Shown: one piece after another, positions 40,241 to 51,611 of the stretch
Layout: each line of letters begins with the position of its first letter
Position numbering within the stretch: the first letter of the stretch is position 1
Assembly: GCA_043228905.1 (NCBI GenBank)
Contig: JBHGNT010000008.1
Location: 17,174,001-17,238,000 of the forward strand
Direction: 5' to 3'
Length of the DNA: 64,000 bases
Origin: Azolla caroliniana
Taxonomy: Eukaryota > Plantae > Polypodiophyta
Notes under the pieces: model-generated
Databases searched by the model: none
What the model was told of the DNA's origin: nothing
What the model saw: the letters and a program-made list of their open reading frames with translations, nothing else
Program-made: the position numbers and the translations under genes

Positions 40241-42112
40241 TTATATTATTTTTACTTTTTCACGTAGTGTACGAAATACACTACGACACTCGCCCCCTCC
40301 GAACCCGCACATCCTCCGGTATGTGCCGAAGTTGCCGATGCTCGTTGTCTCCCCTTCATCCTCTGTTTGTCCCGCTATGTCAACTTTGTCTCTCCATTTT
40401 GAATAGACCCATTCTTTCCACCCGAACCATTGTCGCCATCCGATCCACCATATTCTTTGTTCTCTCTCGTCATATTCTTGGCCCTTGTCATTCGTGGTAG
40501 TGTCTTTTACTGGCCTCTTTCTTGTCTTCATCAACCTTGACTTTTTTCCGGATCGCTCTCGTCCGATCGACTTTCGGTTTGATCGGCTTCCGATCGGATT
40601 CGTATTCGGCCGAATCGGAATCGGTTGTTCGGTTTCGATTGAGTCGGTCTCCTTCCGGCCCGGTTTCGATCTATCGGTTTCGGTTTTGGTTGGCTTTCTT
40701 TTCCTCGTTTTCACTAGCCTCGACCGGTCCAACTTCCAGTTGAATCGGATTAGCTTCTTTCCGGATCGGTCTCGTTTGTGTCGTCTTTCGGCCGAATTCT
40801 CTTCCTTCCGGTTCGGCTTTCTTTCGGATCGGAATCCTGTCCGGATCACCTTCCATCCGAACCAGCTTCCGACTTTACCTTTCTTGCCGCCACCTCCTGT
40901 CTCTCCGGTCTCACGTTGGTTCTCGAATACAACCGCCGAAGTCTCTAGGATTAGTGGGCAGGAATCCTCAGTATTATCATCCTCCATTGTTTCACCCATA
41001 GCCATATTCTCGGCTATCTCTCCTTCGTATGCATCGACTTCGACCTTTGTTTTCTCTCCGCCACCTTCCGTCTCTTCGGTCTCACGTTGCCTTTCGAACG
41101 CAACCGCCGGAGTCTCTAGAATCAGTGGTGGGGAAGTCTCGATATGGCCATCCGCCATTGATTCGTCCATAGCCACCTTCGATTCGATGTCATGTTTCGT
41201 GGCGACCTCCTCAATCAAGTCCTCCTTGCTCTCTTTCACTGCATCAATTATGCAAACATCAATTATGCTTACCCCTTTTTCACCCGATGTTTCGGACACT
41301 TGTATTCCGAAATCTTCTTCTACACTTGGGTTATCGGCCTTATCCTTCACCGTCGTTCTTTCGCAAGACAAGAGGGTAGCTTGTTTTACACCCTCTTCCA
41401 TCACACCATCATGTTGTATTTCGGCCTTCATATCGGTTCCATCGTTTGTCTTCAATCGACCATCCTTCATCGGCCATGTCGTTGACAAGATTCTCATCTT
41501 CCTCTCATCATGTCTCTGGCATACCCTTTGGACTTCGGCCCAATTTTCGGTAAGACCATTCGTACCGTCATCGTCTTCGAGTTCGATCCCGATGTCCATC
41601 CTTTCTTTTCGATCGATCGATTTTACGAACATTAGGACTTTATCCTCCCCCACCAACCGTTGTTCCCGCTCCGAGAGTTGAGCAAGACGATGCTCGAACT
41701 CTAGGAATGCTTGTGTTGCACTTCGGTGGGTCTTCTCCGATGCCACCCATTTGTCGAATTTTCGCCGATCTTGTCCCTTTGATCTCTTGTAGTCATATGC
41801 CTCTCGTAAAGCTTCTTCGAATGACCCCCATGTTGAGTTTTGTTGCCGTATCTTGTGGATTCTCTCTTGTAGCTCATCCGTGGCCACCCGATTGAAGGAT
41901 GTCACTTGCAATCCTTCCGGTATCCCACATCGTATCATCTCCGCCTTGTAGTCACGTAGATAGCGTGACACATCGTTTCCGTTGAATTGTCCGTTTTGTT
42001 GTACGAGCTGCTTTACTGCCCCCGTGATCTCCGACATCACTCGTTGTTCTTCTAGCATCCGCTCGAACATCATCATCATCGTTATGCTCATTGCCTCTTG
42101 TTGATTCTCCAT
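40241..42112 (-). CDS. Intact Gag-like protein of E (623 aa from ATG 42112) with long acidic and basic tails
   Basis: Uninterrupted ORF. The N-terminal FNGNDVSRYLRDY...W..F...L motif resembles a Ty3/gypsy capsid. No PR/RT/IN motifs. The stop lies inside the 3' LTR. Confidence 0.8.
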   Translation of the reverse strand: MENQQEAMSITMMMMFERMLEEQRVMSEITGAVKQLVQQNGQFNGNDVSRYLRDYKAEMIRCGIPEGLQVTSFNRVATDELQERIHKIRQQNSTWGSFEEALREAYDYKRSKGQDRRKFDKWVASEKTHRSATQAFLEFEHRLAQLSEREQRLVGEDKVLMFVKSIDRKERMDIGIELEDDDGTNGLTENWAEVQRVCQRHDERKMRILSTTWPMKDGRLKTNDGTDMKAEIQHDGVMEEGVKQATLLSCERTTVKDKADNPSVEEDFGIQVSETSGEKGVSIIDVCIIDAVKESKEDLIEEVATKHDIESKVAMDESMADGHIETSPPLILETPAVAFERQRETEETEGGGEKTKVEVDAYEGEIAENMAMGETMEDDNTEDSCPLILETSAVVFENQRETGETGGGGKKGKVGSWFGWKVIRTGFRSERKPNRKEENSAERRHKRDRSGKKLIRFNWKLDRSRLVKTRKRKPTKTETDRSKPGRKETDSIETEQPIPIRPNTNPIGSRSNRKSIGRERSGKKSRLMKTRKRPVKDTTTNDKGQEYDEREQRIWWIGWRQWFGWKEWVYSKWRDKVDIAGQTEDEGETTSIGNFGTYRRMCGFGGGECRSVFRTLREKVKII

Positions 42113-44024
42113 CTCCTTGCCACCCGCCTTCACGTCGGGTTCACCAACTGTGTCGTGCCTTTCGGCTCCGGATCGTTGCGTGAGTCGGGTGGGAACCGCC
42201 GAGGTTTTGGACTAGGAGGAAGAAAAATATGAGATGAGGCTAGTAATGAATAGATTATTAGAAAGAGAGATAGAAATTTCGTGAATCCCACGAGTGTATT
42301 GTATTCGATTAATCAATATTTAGATAAGAATATGTATTTAGATTGAAAGAAAGATATAAGAAACTTGTGAATCCCACAATTATATTAATCGGTTGGTGTT
42401 TTCGGAAATATATCCAATTTCCAAATATTTCACACGCCTATTACATTGTGCTCCCCATCCTTATGTAGTGATGGGAGAGACTAAGCATAGCTACATGCTT
42501 TTTTTCTAATATGTTCATGCACACTAAATGTGCATGTGATGCTTTTCTAATCCTTGCTTTTATTTGCTAAATATAGTGCTCATGCACGCTAGATGTGCAT
42601 GAGTCACTTTTTAGTTGCTTGCGTTTTTCTATAAAATATTCACGCACTCTAAAAATGCACGATTTACCTTTTAATAAAGGTAGGTGCAAATAAAGCACTT
42701 ATAGTTATTAAATCTATTTGTAGAACACTAAAGATAAGGTAGCATAATGGTAAAGTTGAGGTTTGGCTACGTGGAGGTACAGGGTTTGAATCTTGCCCTA
42801 TGCACGTGATAAATATCTTGATATTTTTATTTTATTTATTGGTGATAAATATCTTGATATTCTTATTTTATTTATTTATATGTAATTAAATCGGTTATAT
42901 TATTTTTACTTTTTCACGTAGTGTATGAAATACACTACGACACCGTTGGCCCTTGTTCGGCCCGCTTGGCCTCCGTTGTCCAACCGTGATGTCCCGATGG
43001 TGTTTCGCGTCGCCTTCGTCCTTCCGCCGCCACCTTCCTTCTCCATGGTATTACGTCGCCGCGTCGGCTCGAACGGCCATGGTCTCCAGAACGGTGGGGA
43101 GGATCCCTTTCCGACGTTCTCCGCGCTCGCCTTCCTGCTCCGGCACCTCCGTGTGCCACATACCCTCGTCGGTTGTTTGGCACTGCCAGTGTTGCACTCC
43201 TCGTCGGCCCCTTTCCGGCCAGATCATGCATCGTTGTTCACTCGCATACCGGTGTCCTTTGCATCCGAGGAACACCCCGTAGTAGCCCGCTTGGCCCTTC
43301 CCGTCTTCGTGCTGCCGCAATAGGTCCTGAGTCTTCCGCTTACCGTCGTCCCCTCGCCCCCACCAGCTTGTCACCCCGGCTTGTCGTGTCAGTCTTTGTT
43401 ACTTCGACAGAGCTACCGAGATCTACGAAGCGAGTGTGGAGGATCCTCCTCCAGCCTCTCTTGCCATCCTAACTCCGACCCTGTGCAGTCCATTAGGCAC
43501 TTGTCACCTCGTTCCCGGCACCTCCCTTGTGCCGTCTTCCGCTTCCTTCGTTTGGCCTCGCCCGTGCCGAACACTGTCCCATAGTCACGCTTTGATTCAG
43601 CCCGCGATGGCCACTTGCGAGACTCTTGTTCTGTCCAAGGTGTGCCTTTCCGGCCTGACACACCTCCACGTGTTCACCCCTATCGGCTCCTTCTGATACC
43701 TCGTGTCGTCGGGTCCCGTTCCCTGCCGCCACCGTCCTTCTCCCTCGGTCTCACGTTGCCACGTTGGCCGAACTGCCGGAGTCTCCAGATCAGTGTGAGG
43801 GTCCCATAGGACCGGACTCCGTTTCTATGCTTGCCGAAATTCAGGTGACTTTTGTTTGAGTCCCTCCCGGACTCTCCTCGTGCCTTCCGCGTAGCCGGGT
43901 CCCGTTTCCCGCCGCCACCTTCCTTCTCCCTCGATCTTACGTTGCCACGTTGGCCGAACAGTCGGGGTCTCCGGAACCAGTGTGGGGATCCCGTAGGACC
44001 GAACTTCCTTACGCCCATTGTCTT

Positions 44025-44481
44025 CGTCACCTCGCTGCCACCGTCAGTATCTTGGTCTTATGTCGACCGCGTTGCCGACTGCCGAAGTCTCTAGAACCGG
44101 TGTGAAGGATCCTCCGTAGACGTTCCATCCATAGCCCTTGCCTTCGTCACCTCGCCGCCACCGTCAGTATCTTGGTCTTACGTCGACCGCGTTGCCGACT
44201 ACCGAAGTCTCTAGAACCGGTGTGAAGGATCCTCCGTAGACGTTCCATCCATAGCCCTTGCCTTCGTCACCTCGCCGCCACCGTCAGTATCTTGGTCTTA
44301 CGTCGACCGCGTTGCCGACTGCTGAAGTCTCTAGAACCGGTGTGAAGGATCCTCCGTAGGCGTTCCATCCATAGCCCTTGCCTTCGTCACCTCGCCGCCA
44401 CCGTCAGTATCTTGGTCTTACGTCGACCGCGTTGCCGACTGCCGAAGTCTCTAGAACCGGTGTGAAGGATCCTCCGTAGGC
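44025..44481. repeat. 120-bp tandem repeat (~3.8 copies) in the F internal region
   Basis: CCGTCAGTATCTTGGTCTTA at 44041, 44161, 44281 and 44401. Confidence 0.95.
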
Positions 44482-44585
44482 ATTCGTCGCCTTCTTGACC
44501 CTGTCTCGGGTCGTCCTTTTCCGCATGCCGAGAGGGCGGTTTACTCCGCACCCTCTCCCGTGGTACCGACGTACCGACGTACCGT

Positions 44586-45965
44586 TGTCGTGTGAATCTT
44601 CACACACTATGTAAAAAAATAATGAAATAATTATTATAGATTAGATTAGTAGCTTACTATAGAAAGATGGATATACTCAAGAGCTTCAAAATGTATTTTA
44701 CTATATACAAAATGGAGAAATACATATCAAGTTATGAGAAAATGAAGTTTGATTAGATAGAGAAATTAGAACTATCCCACATAGATAGGAAAGTTAAGGC
44801 CCTGGCTATATAAACACCTTGAGCTCCCTCATTTTTCATTTGTGATAAGAGCACTTTGGCCACTTTGTCTTGATGGATGATGGTGGCCAAATTCCCTAAA
44901 ACCGGAAACCGGCCGGTAAGCAAATTTGGAAACGGGCCCGGCAAGCAAAACCGGAACTGGAACCGGCCGGCAAGCAAAATCGAAACCGGAACCGGAACCG
45001 GCAAGCAATTCGGAAACGGGCTGGTATGCAATCCAAAAACCGGCTGGTATGCAAAACCGGAACCGGCCGGCAAGCAAACCGGAATTGGAACGGGTATGCA
45101 AACCGGAAACCGGTCGGCAAGCAAAGCTAGAAACCGGCCGGTAAGTAAAACCGGAACCGGAACCGGCAGGCAAACCGGTACCGGCCGCCAAGCAAAACCG
45201 GAACTGGAACCGGCCGGCAAGCAAAATCGAAACCGGAACCGGAACCGGCAAGCAAACCGGAACCGGAACCGGCCGGCAAGCAAAATCGGAACCGGAACCG
45301 ACCGGCAAGCAAAATGGAATCGGCTACCGGACGATGTTGGACGCGGACGGATGAAAGATTGGATCATGCAACAAACTAAAGTAAAGTGAAGAGAACTAAA
45401 GTAAAGGCCATGTGGACGCAAGCAACTAAAGAAGGGAGTGCATGGAAAAAGTAAAGGTCATGTGGACAGTCACATGCAACCAAAAGAAAAAGCTAGGCAA
45501 CTAAAAGTAGAGGCCATGCAACAAAAAGTGAAAAAGTTATGATCAAGGGAGAACTCCATTTTTATTCCATTTTTTTTCCTACACTAGGATAGACTCTCCA
45601 TATTATTATTATTATTTTTTTCTTCTCAACTCCCTTATCTTAGGGAAGCCATAACTCTCGAAAACCCGAAAATTCCCTACGGAAGCCATAATACTCATAT
45701 AACCTAATCCTAATCTTCCCTACGGAAGCGATATCTCTCAAAACCCCTAATTTTTTTCTTTTCTATTAATCTTAGTAAACCTAAAACTTCTAAATCCCAA
45801 TCTTGGGACATATTGTAATTTCTTTTTCCTTTGTTAATGAAAATTATTAAATTTCTTCTTTCTGTTAATTGTTAAAAATATAAACGCACACATGTGATTA
45901 TCCTTCGGTCGGAGGCCCCGGGGTCCTGCCTCAAGTTCGCGTATCCTCGTCGTATTTTCGTGACA
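44586..45965 (-). mobile_element. Solo LTR H (1380 bp) inside F
   Basis: TGTCGTG...CGTGACA; 4-bp TSD CCGT; homologous to H'. Strand is given only relative to H'. Confidence 0.88.
44900..45325. repeat. Complex ACCGGA/CCGGCAAGCAAA repeat array within LTR H
   Basis: Read directly. It explains the overlapping low-complexity ORFs at 44753-45421. Confidence 0.92.
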
Positions 45966-46411
45966 CCGTGTCCTCGGCCTCTTCGTAGGCGTGCTCTTTT
46001 CCTCCCTCCCGGAATGGTCATCCAGGAGTCCGCTCCGCCCGGTTCTCGTCCGGGTTCGTTCGTCCTTCTCCGGATTGTCGGGTCCCGTTCTCCTGTCGCC
46101 ACCATCCTCTCGTATAGGACTTACGCCGGCACTCGGGCCTGCAGCCGACTCGATGTAAGGAATCCCATAGGACCGGCTTTCATTCTCTTCCAAATCTCGA
46201 CCTTCGCTTGGTCGGTCTTTCTCCCCATGTAAAAGAGGGTGGCTCGTCCCACACCCCCTTCCGTATCGGCACTCTCATGCCGACTCCGGCCCCGATCGAA
46301 CGATCCACGACCGGATCACGCTCCACCCATATCATAATGCTGATCCCTTGTGTCGTGTCCATCCTCGGCCTCCTCGCAGGCCGTTTCCCATCCTTCTTCG
46401 CTGGCATCGTG

Positions 46412-47650
46412 CTAGGACTCCTCGGTACCGCCATTCATCTCCTCGGTCTTACATGGGCATACGGGCCCAATTACCGAGTTCTCCAAAATCGGGTCCGTGG
46501 GCTTTCGTCTGCTCCTTCCCCGTATCATCTCGCCGGTGATTCTCGCCCTTTCGCCGCCGCCTTCCTCCGCTTGGGACTCACGTGGGCACTCGGGCCCGCC
46601 TGCCATCGTCTCGGGAGCAAGTGTGGGAAGACACAAAGAATCGCCCGTCCGTTTTGCGCCCTTGTCCGTAGCCACCGACTCTTCGTGGTCGGCGGTCGTC
46701 TTCTTACCGATCGCGCAAGCCCCGTCTGGGCTTGCTTCTCCAATGGCCGGGATCTCGGGCTGACACGCCCGAAACCGCTGGTCCCAACGTTTCGGTTCCG
46801 CGATATGTATCTCGGCCTCGTCCTTGGCTGTTCTATCTCCGCAAGTCGAGAGGGCGTTTTGTTCCGCACCCTCTCCCATGGTACCGTCGTACCGATCTTC
46901 CGCCGTCACGTGGGGCAAGTCCGTCTCCTTGGTCTCGGCTTTCGGCCTTGATCTTCCCTCTTCATCGAGCATCGCTCTGAGAGCTGCGTACGCCTCCGCA
47001 ATCCTGGCCCCAACGCCGATCCTTGCCAACTCTCTTTGTCGTTCGGCCTCTTCCCGCTGTGATGGCACGCCGTCGCGTACCTTCCTCTTAGCCTTCTCGG
47101 CTCGCTCATTGTCTAGCCGTTGGCACACCCTTCCGACCTTCGACCAGTCCTCCGTAAGCCCATTCGCTCCGTCATCGTCTCCCGTTCTGCTCAGTCGATC
47201 GACCTGACGAACAATAGGACCTTGTCCGCCCCCACCAAACCTTGTTCCCGCTCTGGGAGCCGAGCAAGTCGTCGCGCCCCGGTGGGTCTTTGCCGATGCT
47301 ACCCACTGGTCGAAGTCGTGTCGTCCCCGGCTCTTCCGCCGTCCTTCGTATGCCTTCAGGAGCGCCTCTTCGAAGGCCTCCCACGAACTATGAGCCTCAC
47401 GGAGCTCCTTTACTTCCGCATGCATCCGGAAAGCTACGACCCGGCAAAAGAACTCCAGCCTCAATGCCTCGTCTACGCCACGCTCCTCCATTTCCGCGTT
47501 GTAGGCTTCCAAGTAAGATGGGACTTTGTCCCCGTTGAAACGGCCGACTCTTTCGACCACTCGCTCAACCGCTTGTTGCGCTGCTTGTTGTGCCGACTCC
47601 AACACCACTTCGGCCACCATCTCCGCAAGGTCTTCGTCTTCCGACTCCAT
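46412..47650 (-). pseudogene. Gag-like ORF of F, homologous to the E protein, damaged
   Basis: FNGDKVPSYLEAYNAEM aligns with E FNGNDVSRYLRDYKAEM. A ~30-codon segment is frameshifted between two small deletions. Confidence 0.75.
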
Positions 47651-47852
47651 CCTCCCTTGCCGCCTTTCACGTCGGGTTCACCAAATATGTCGCGTTGTTA
47701 CGCGCTTGCGTGGAGAAAGGCGGGACCACAAGGGTCTTGGACTAGAGAGCGATGGAGCGTAGGAAGTCGTGCTTCATTATTTCTGGGGCATCCCAGAAAC
47801 ACACCGGAAGCAACCGAAGGGAGAGAGAGAGAGATTAACACCGACTCACGCA

Positions 47853-47884
<32 letters not shown>

Positions 47885-50800
47885 ACCCAACCCGACCCAT
47901 GCCTTATGTACAGAAAACGTGGGAGAGGGTAAGCACCCGACGCCAACAACGACGCGAATATACACAGAAAAACGTATATATATATATGTATATATAAGAA
48001 GAATACATTCCCAGCTTCGAGCCGGGCTGAGGTAGGTTACAGTAGTCGCCAGCTGCCAAGCCGCCGTCGGGGAGCTCACGGGCTCGTCGCGCCGAGCGGG
48101 GTCTTGCACAGGAGATAAGCTGCAGCAAACCCTAAGCGAACACGAAGGAGAAGAAGAAGAAGAAACTAACTCTAAACCTAACAGTATACCCTCTAATGCA
48201 AAATGGGCAACCCTTTCACAAAGGGTGTTCCCTTCCTTTTATAGAACAAGGAAAGGGATGCGTTACAATGTGGGACAAATCCAGACTTACATGGGATCGT
48301 CTGCCCCGACCTGACTACTCTTCGGCGCCATAAAGGCGCCCTCGATATTCACACCAAATGTACATGGGTGCGTACACACGCTGCACCCCGCCGATGTAGA
48401 CAATGTTTCCCGGTTTCCACCTCTGGCCGAAATTCTTCACGACAACGTTGTCGTGTTATTTTGCACGCGCAGGCGGAACCGCGGGGGTTCTGAAGCGGGG
48501 AATTACCGAACAAAAGGAGGAGCACCATGAACCCACGATCGAGCCGCGCACACATAGATACACAGAGTACTCACAACAAGGTTGAACAACACGTAAGGCG
48601 AATGTATATATATATAATCAAGATTACAACCGACTAGCCGGCAAGCGCCAACTCGCTGACACCAACTCACACAACGTAGACAACAACAAGAGATGGAGCC
48701 TCTATCGGAAGCACTCAGGCTTTCCACGAAGCAGAGTCAGCCCTGTAGAGAACGATGAGAGAAAGAGGAGAAGAGCTTGGTCCCAGTCTAACAGCACTTA
48801 GTCCTCAACAAAAGTGATCCCCCTCTCAACCTTCTCCCCTCTCTTTAATAGGCCCCGGAGACAGACCGTTATACCCTAGTAACATCATTTTTATTCTCTG
48901 TCACTTTGGACAAAGATACACTATGATTTCCTAGTAAATGCGTAGTACCTAGTATCTTCATATCAACCGAATTGTTCCTAAGTATGTGCAAGTTATTAAA
49001 TAGCGTGCCCACACGTAAGGGCCAATTCATGCGCATATTTCCCTGTTTCCTCCTAGGGGCGGTTTTCTCCACGACATCCACCCCCACCAAACCGCACGAT
49101 CTCCGGTACATGCCAGATACATCAATTGTTGGAGAAGACTAGCTCGTAATCACCCTTCATTCTCCGAGTCGCTGTCCGCGCCGGTGTAGCCGTAACCATC
49201 ATCCGGGCTTGCCGGGTCCAGTTCATCCTCGTGCCGCTTCTTCAATACTTTGATCCTCTTCCCTGCTACTGGCATAGCTATCCGCGTCCCGTGAAGCTCC
49301 GCGATATGGTACATGCCATTGTCGTTAGCGCTCGTCACAACGTAGGGCCCGAATCACCTCTTTGCAAATTTTCACACTGCTTTATGCTCATGGTCGAGGC
49401 TGTTGTCATATACCAGCACCCAATTGCCTTCTTCAATCTTCTTCGGCCGGAGTCAGTGTGTCCAGTCGAACTGGCCCTTGTTCCTTTCCTACGCCGTGTG
49501 TAGCTTCTCCCTTGCTCGCTCTACGTCCTCCGGTCTCTGTTCAAGCTGTCGAATCCGCGTTGCCAACAACTCTTCCCGGCTCATTTCGTTCCTCCAATCC
49601 ATCCCGGCCCACAAAGTGATTGCCCGCTCCACCAACATAATCGGTTTTTTCCCGTACATCAACTCCACTTGCATGAACCCGGTCACCAAATTGTGCGTAG
49701 TCCGGTCGGCCCATAGCGCGTAAGGTAGAAGCCGCGGCCATTTCCCGACTTGTCCTTCACATGCTCGCACCAACGCATTCACGATAGGGCCGTGCCCTCG
49801 TTCTACCTTCCCGTTCGCCTCTGGGTTGTACGCCGTAGTGAGGGAGAGCTTGACCCCTAACCGGTCGAACAGCTCTTCAGCTTCCTGCGCGTCCAGCTCC
49901 CCCCGATCTGCCACGATCTTTCCTACGCACCCATATCGGCACACCACCTCCTCAATTAGGAATCGACACACCACCGTAGTTGTCTTATTCTGAAGTGCAC
50001 AGCCCTCCACTTGGTTCGTCAAGTCTTCTTGTGCCAGCACCAGGTACCACATCTGCCCTACCCCCATCGGCATCATCACCAAATCTACCATCCACTTGAA
50101 ATGGATGGTCGGCAGGTAGGTCGGGTGCAACTCATCTCGATGCCAAATCGTGGAGTGCATTTGGCAACTTTTGCATGTCGTGACGAACCGGTGCACGTCC
50201 CGGTATAGCCCCAACCACCAATACTTCTCCTTTAGCTTCTTGAATGTGGCCCAAGTCCCGTGGTGACCGGCCCAAGGACTCTCTGGTACATCGTGAGCAG
50301 CATCTCCCGCTCCTCCTTTCCTACCACTACTCATAGGTTCTCGTCCCGCAGGAAGAACTGGTATGCTTTCTTCCGGACCCGGTCAGCTTCGCCTTTCGTC
50401 CAGGCGGCGTCCGACGTCATTGTCTTCAAGAAACTACCGATCCTGAGCCACTCCCCTTTGTATTAACCCTCGTGAAACTTGTTAAGCACCGGGGTGCTCC
50501 CTACCCTCGTCAAGCAAATCCGACTCAAAGAAGTCCTCGCCGATTTCTTCGTCCTCCAAAACCATGTCGTCCTCGTCGTTGAACCGCGCTCTCAAAAGCA
50601 TGTCAACCATGGCGTTGTCCTTTCCGGAGATGTGCTGTATCTCCATATTCAGGAACTTGATGTACGCAATCCACCTGAGCATCGCCAGGTCCGGCATCGC
50701 GCATCAGGAAACCATTCCGAGGATCGGTAGGCAATCCGTCTTTATTATTACCTCCGTCCTGATAAGATAATCTTTGTCGGCCTTGATTGCCGATTCTTAC

Positions 50801-51611
50801 GTTCCGAATGGTCACCTTGTTGACCGGCTGCAGGTCCTAAATAAGGCGCAAAGTGTCATTCTTCTTAGGCATGGTAAACCACCGATTCGAGTATGGGACA
50901 CTCGACGGTTCAAGGATGCCCATCTCCATCTTCTGCTTCAGCAGCTCCATCAACTTTGGGATGTGAGCTCTGGGTACTGGAATCAGTTTGAGATTCTACA
51001 GCACATGTGATACCGTGAAGATAACCATTGGCTCAACGACCGTCGGGTCCACGCACCCGATCTCTTCCAGCGAGAATGTGAAGGCCTTCCAGTGCGTCCC
51101 GAGCATCCTCTGAAACCATTCCTTTTCCGCATGCAGTAGAAAGCCACCCCCACAAACCTTGAGCTCCTCTAGCGTTATGTTGGTGAACCGGTGTCCTATG
51201 CCGGCCGGATCCCATAGATTTGGGTCTAACACGACCCCCTTTATCCGTAACTCGTTGCCCTCCGGCAAGGGTGCCGCGACTGGCCTCACCTTCCATTCCA
51301 CAGTATTGTACTTTGTATGCACATGGGTCGTCAGATCCAACTCGACCCTCTCCCCAAAGTCGGAGATGACTTCTTACATCATTTTTGAACTAACCGGAAT
51401 CATCCGGTCTTTGCAGAGGCCTTCATCGAACACCTTCTTTAACTCCCCCAAGGTCGTCGAAAGAGACCGCCTCCACAGCTCCACCAATCTCATCGTTGGG
51501 GCCCAGGACTCCGCACGCCCTGAATCGTCCCTCCGCCCGTTTCGGACAGGAATACACGCTCCCGATGAACAACGCTCGGCCACAACCAAGTCTATGATCA
51601 AACACAGAAAA

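Larger units (their letters stand above)
39497..42942 (-). mobile_element. Element E: very young gag-only, tRNA-Trp-primed LTR retroelement
   Basis: 792-bp LTRs 39497-40288 and 42151-42942, one mismatch noticed; 4-bp TSD CCGT; PBS at 42146-42129; PPT GGAGGGGGCGAG. Confidence 0.95.
38517..48444 (-). mobile_element. Element F: gag-only, tRNA-Trp-primed LTR retroelement (hosts E and H)
   Basis: LTRs 38517-39275 and 47688-48444; 4-bp TSD ACGT; PBS TGGTGAACCCGACGTGAA (47683-47666); PPT GTGGGGGCGGA. Gag-like ORF 46412-47650; no pol motifs. Confidence 0.9.

Noticed and set aside
40485-41681. 398-aa antisense ORF in E (also 55197-56039, 47120-47932 and similar)
   Set aside because: These are shadow ORFs opposite coding frames, with non-ATG starts or low-complexity products and no motifs.
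44753-45421. Several overlapping 70-222-aa ORFs (RFRF.., PVPV.., TGTG..)
   Set aside because: They are translations of the CCGG repeat array in solo LTR H, open in many frames and without domains.
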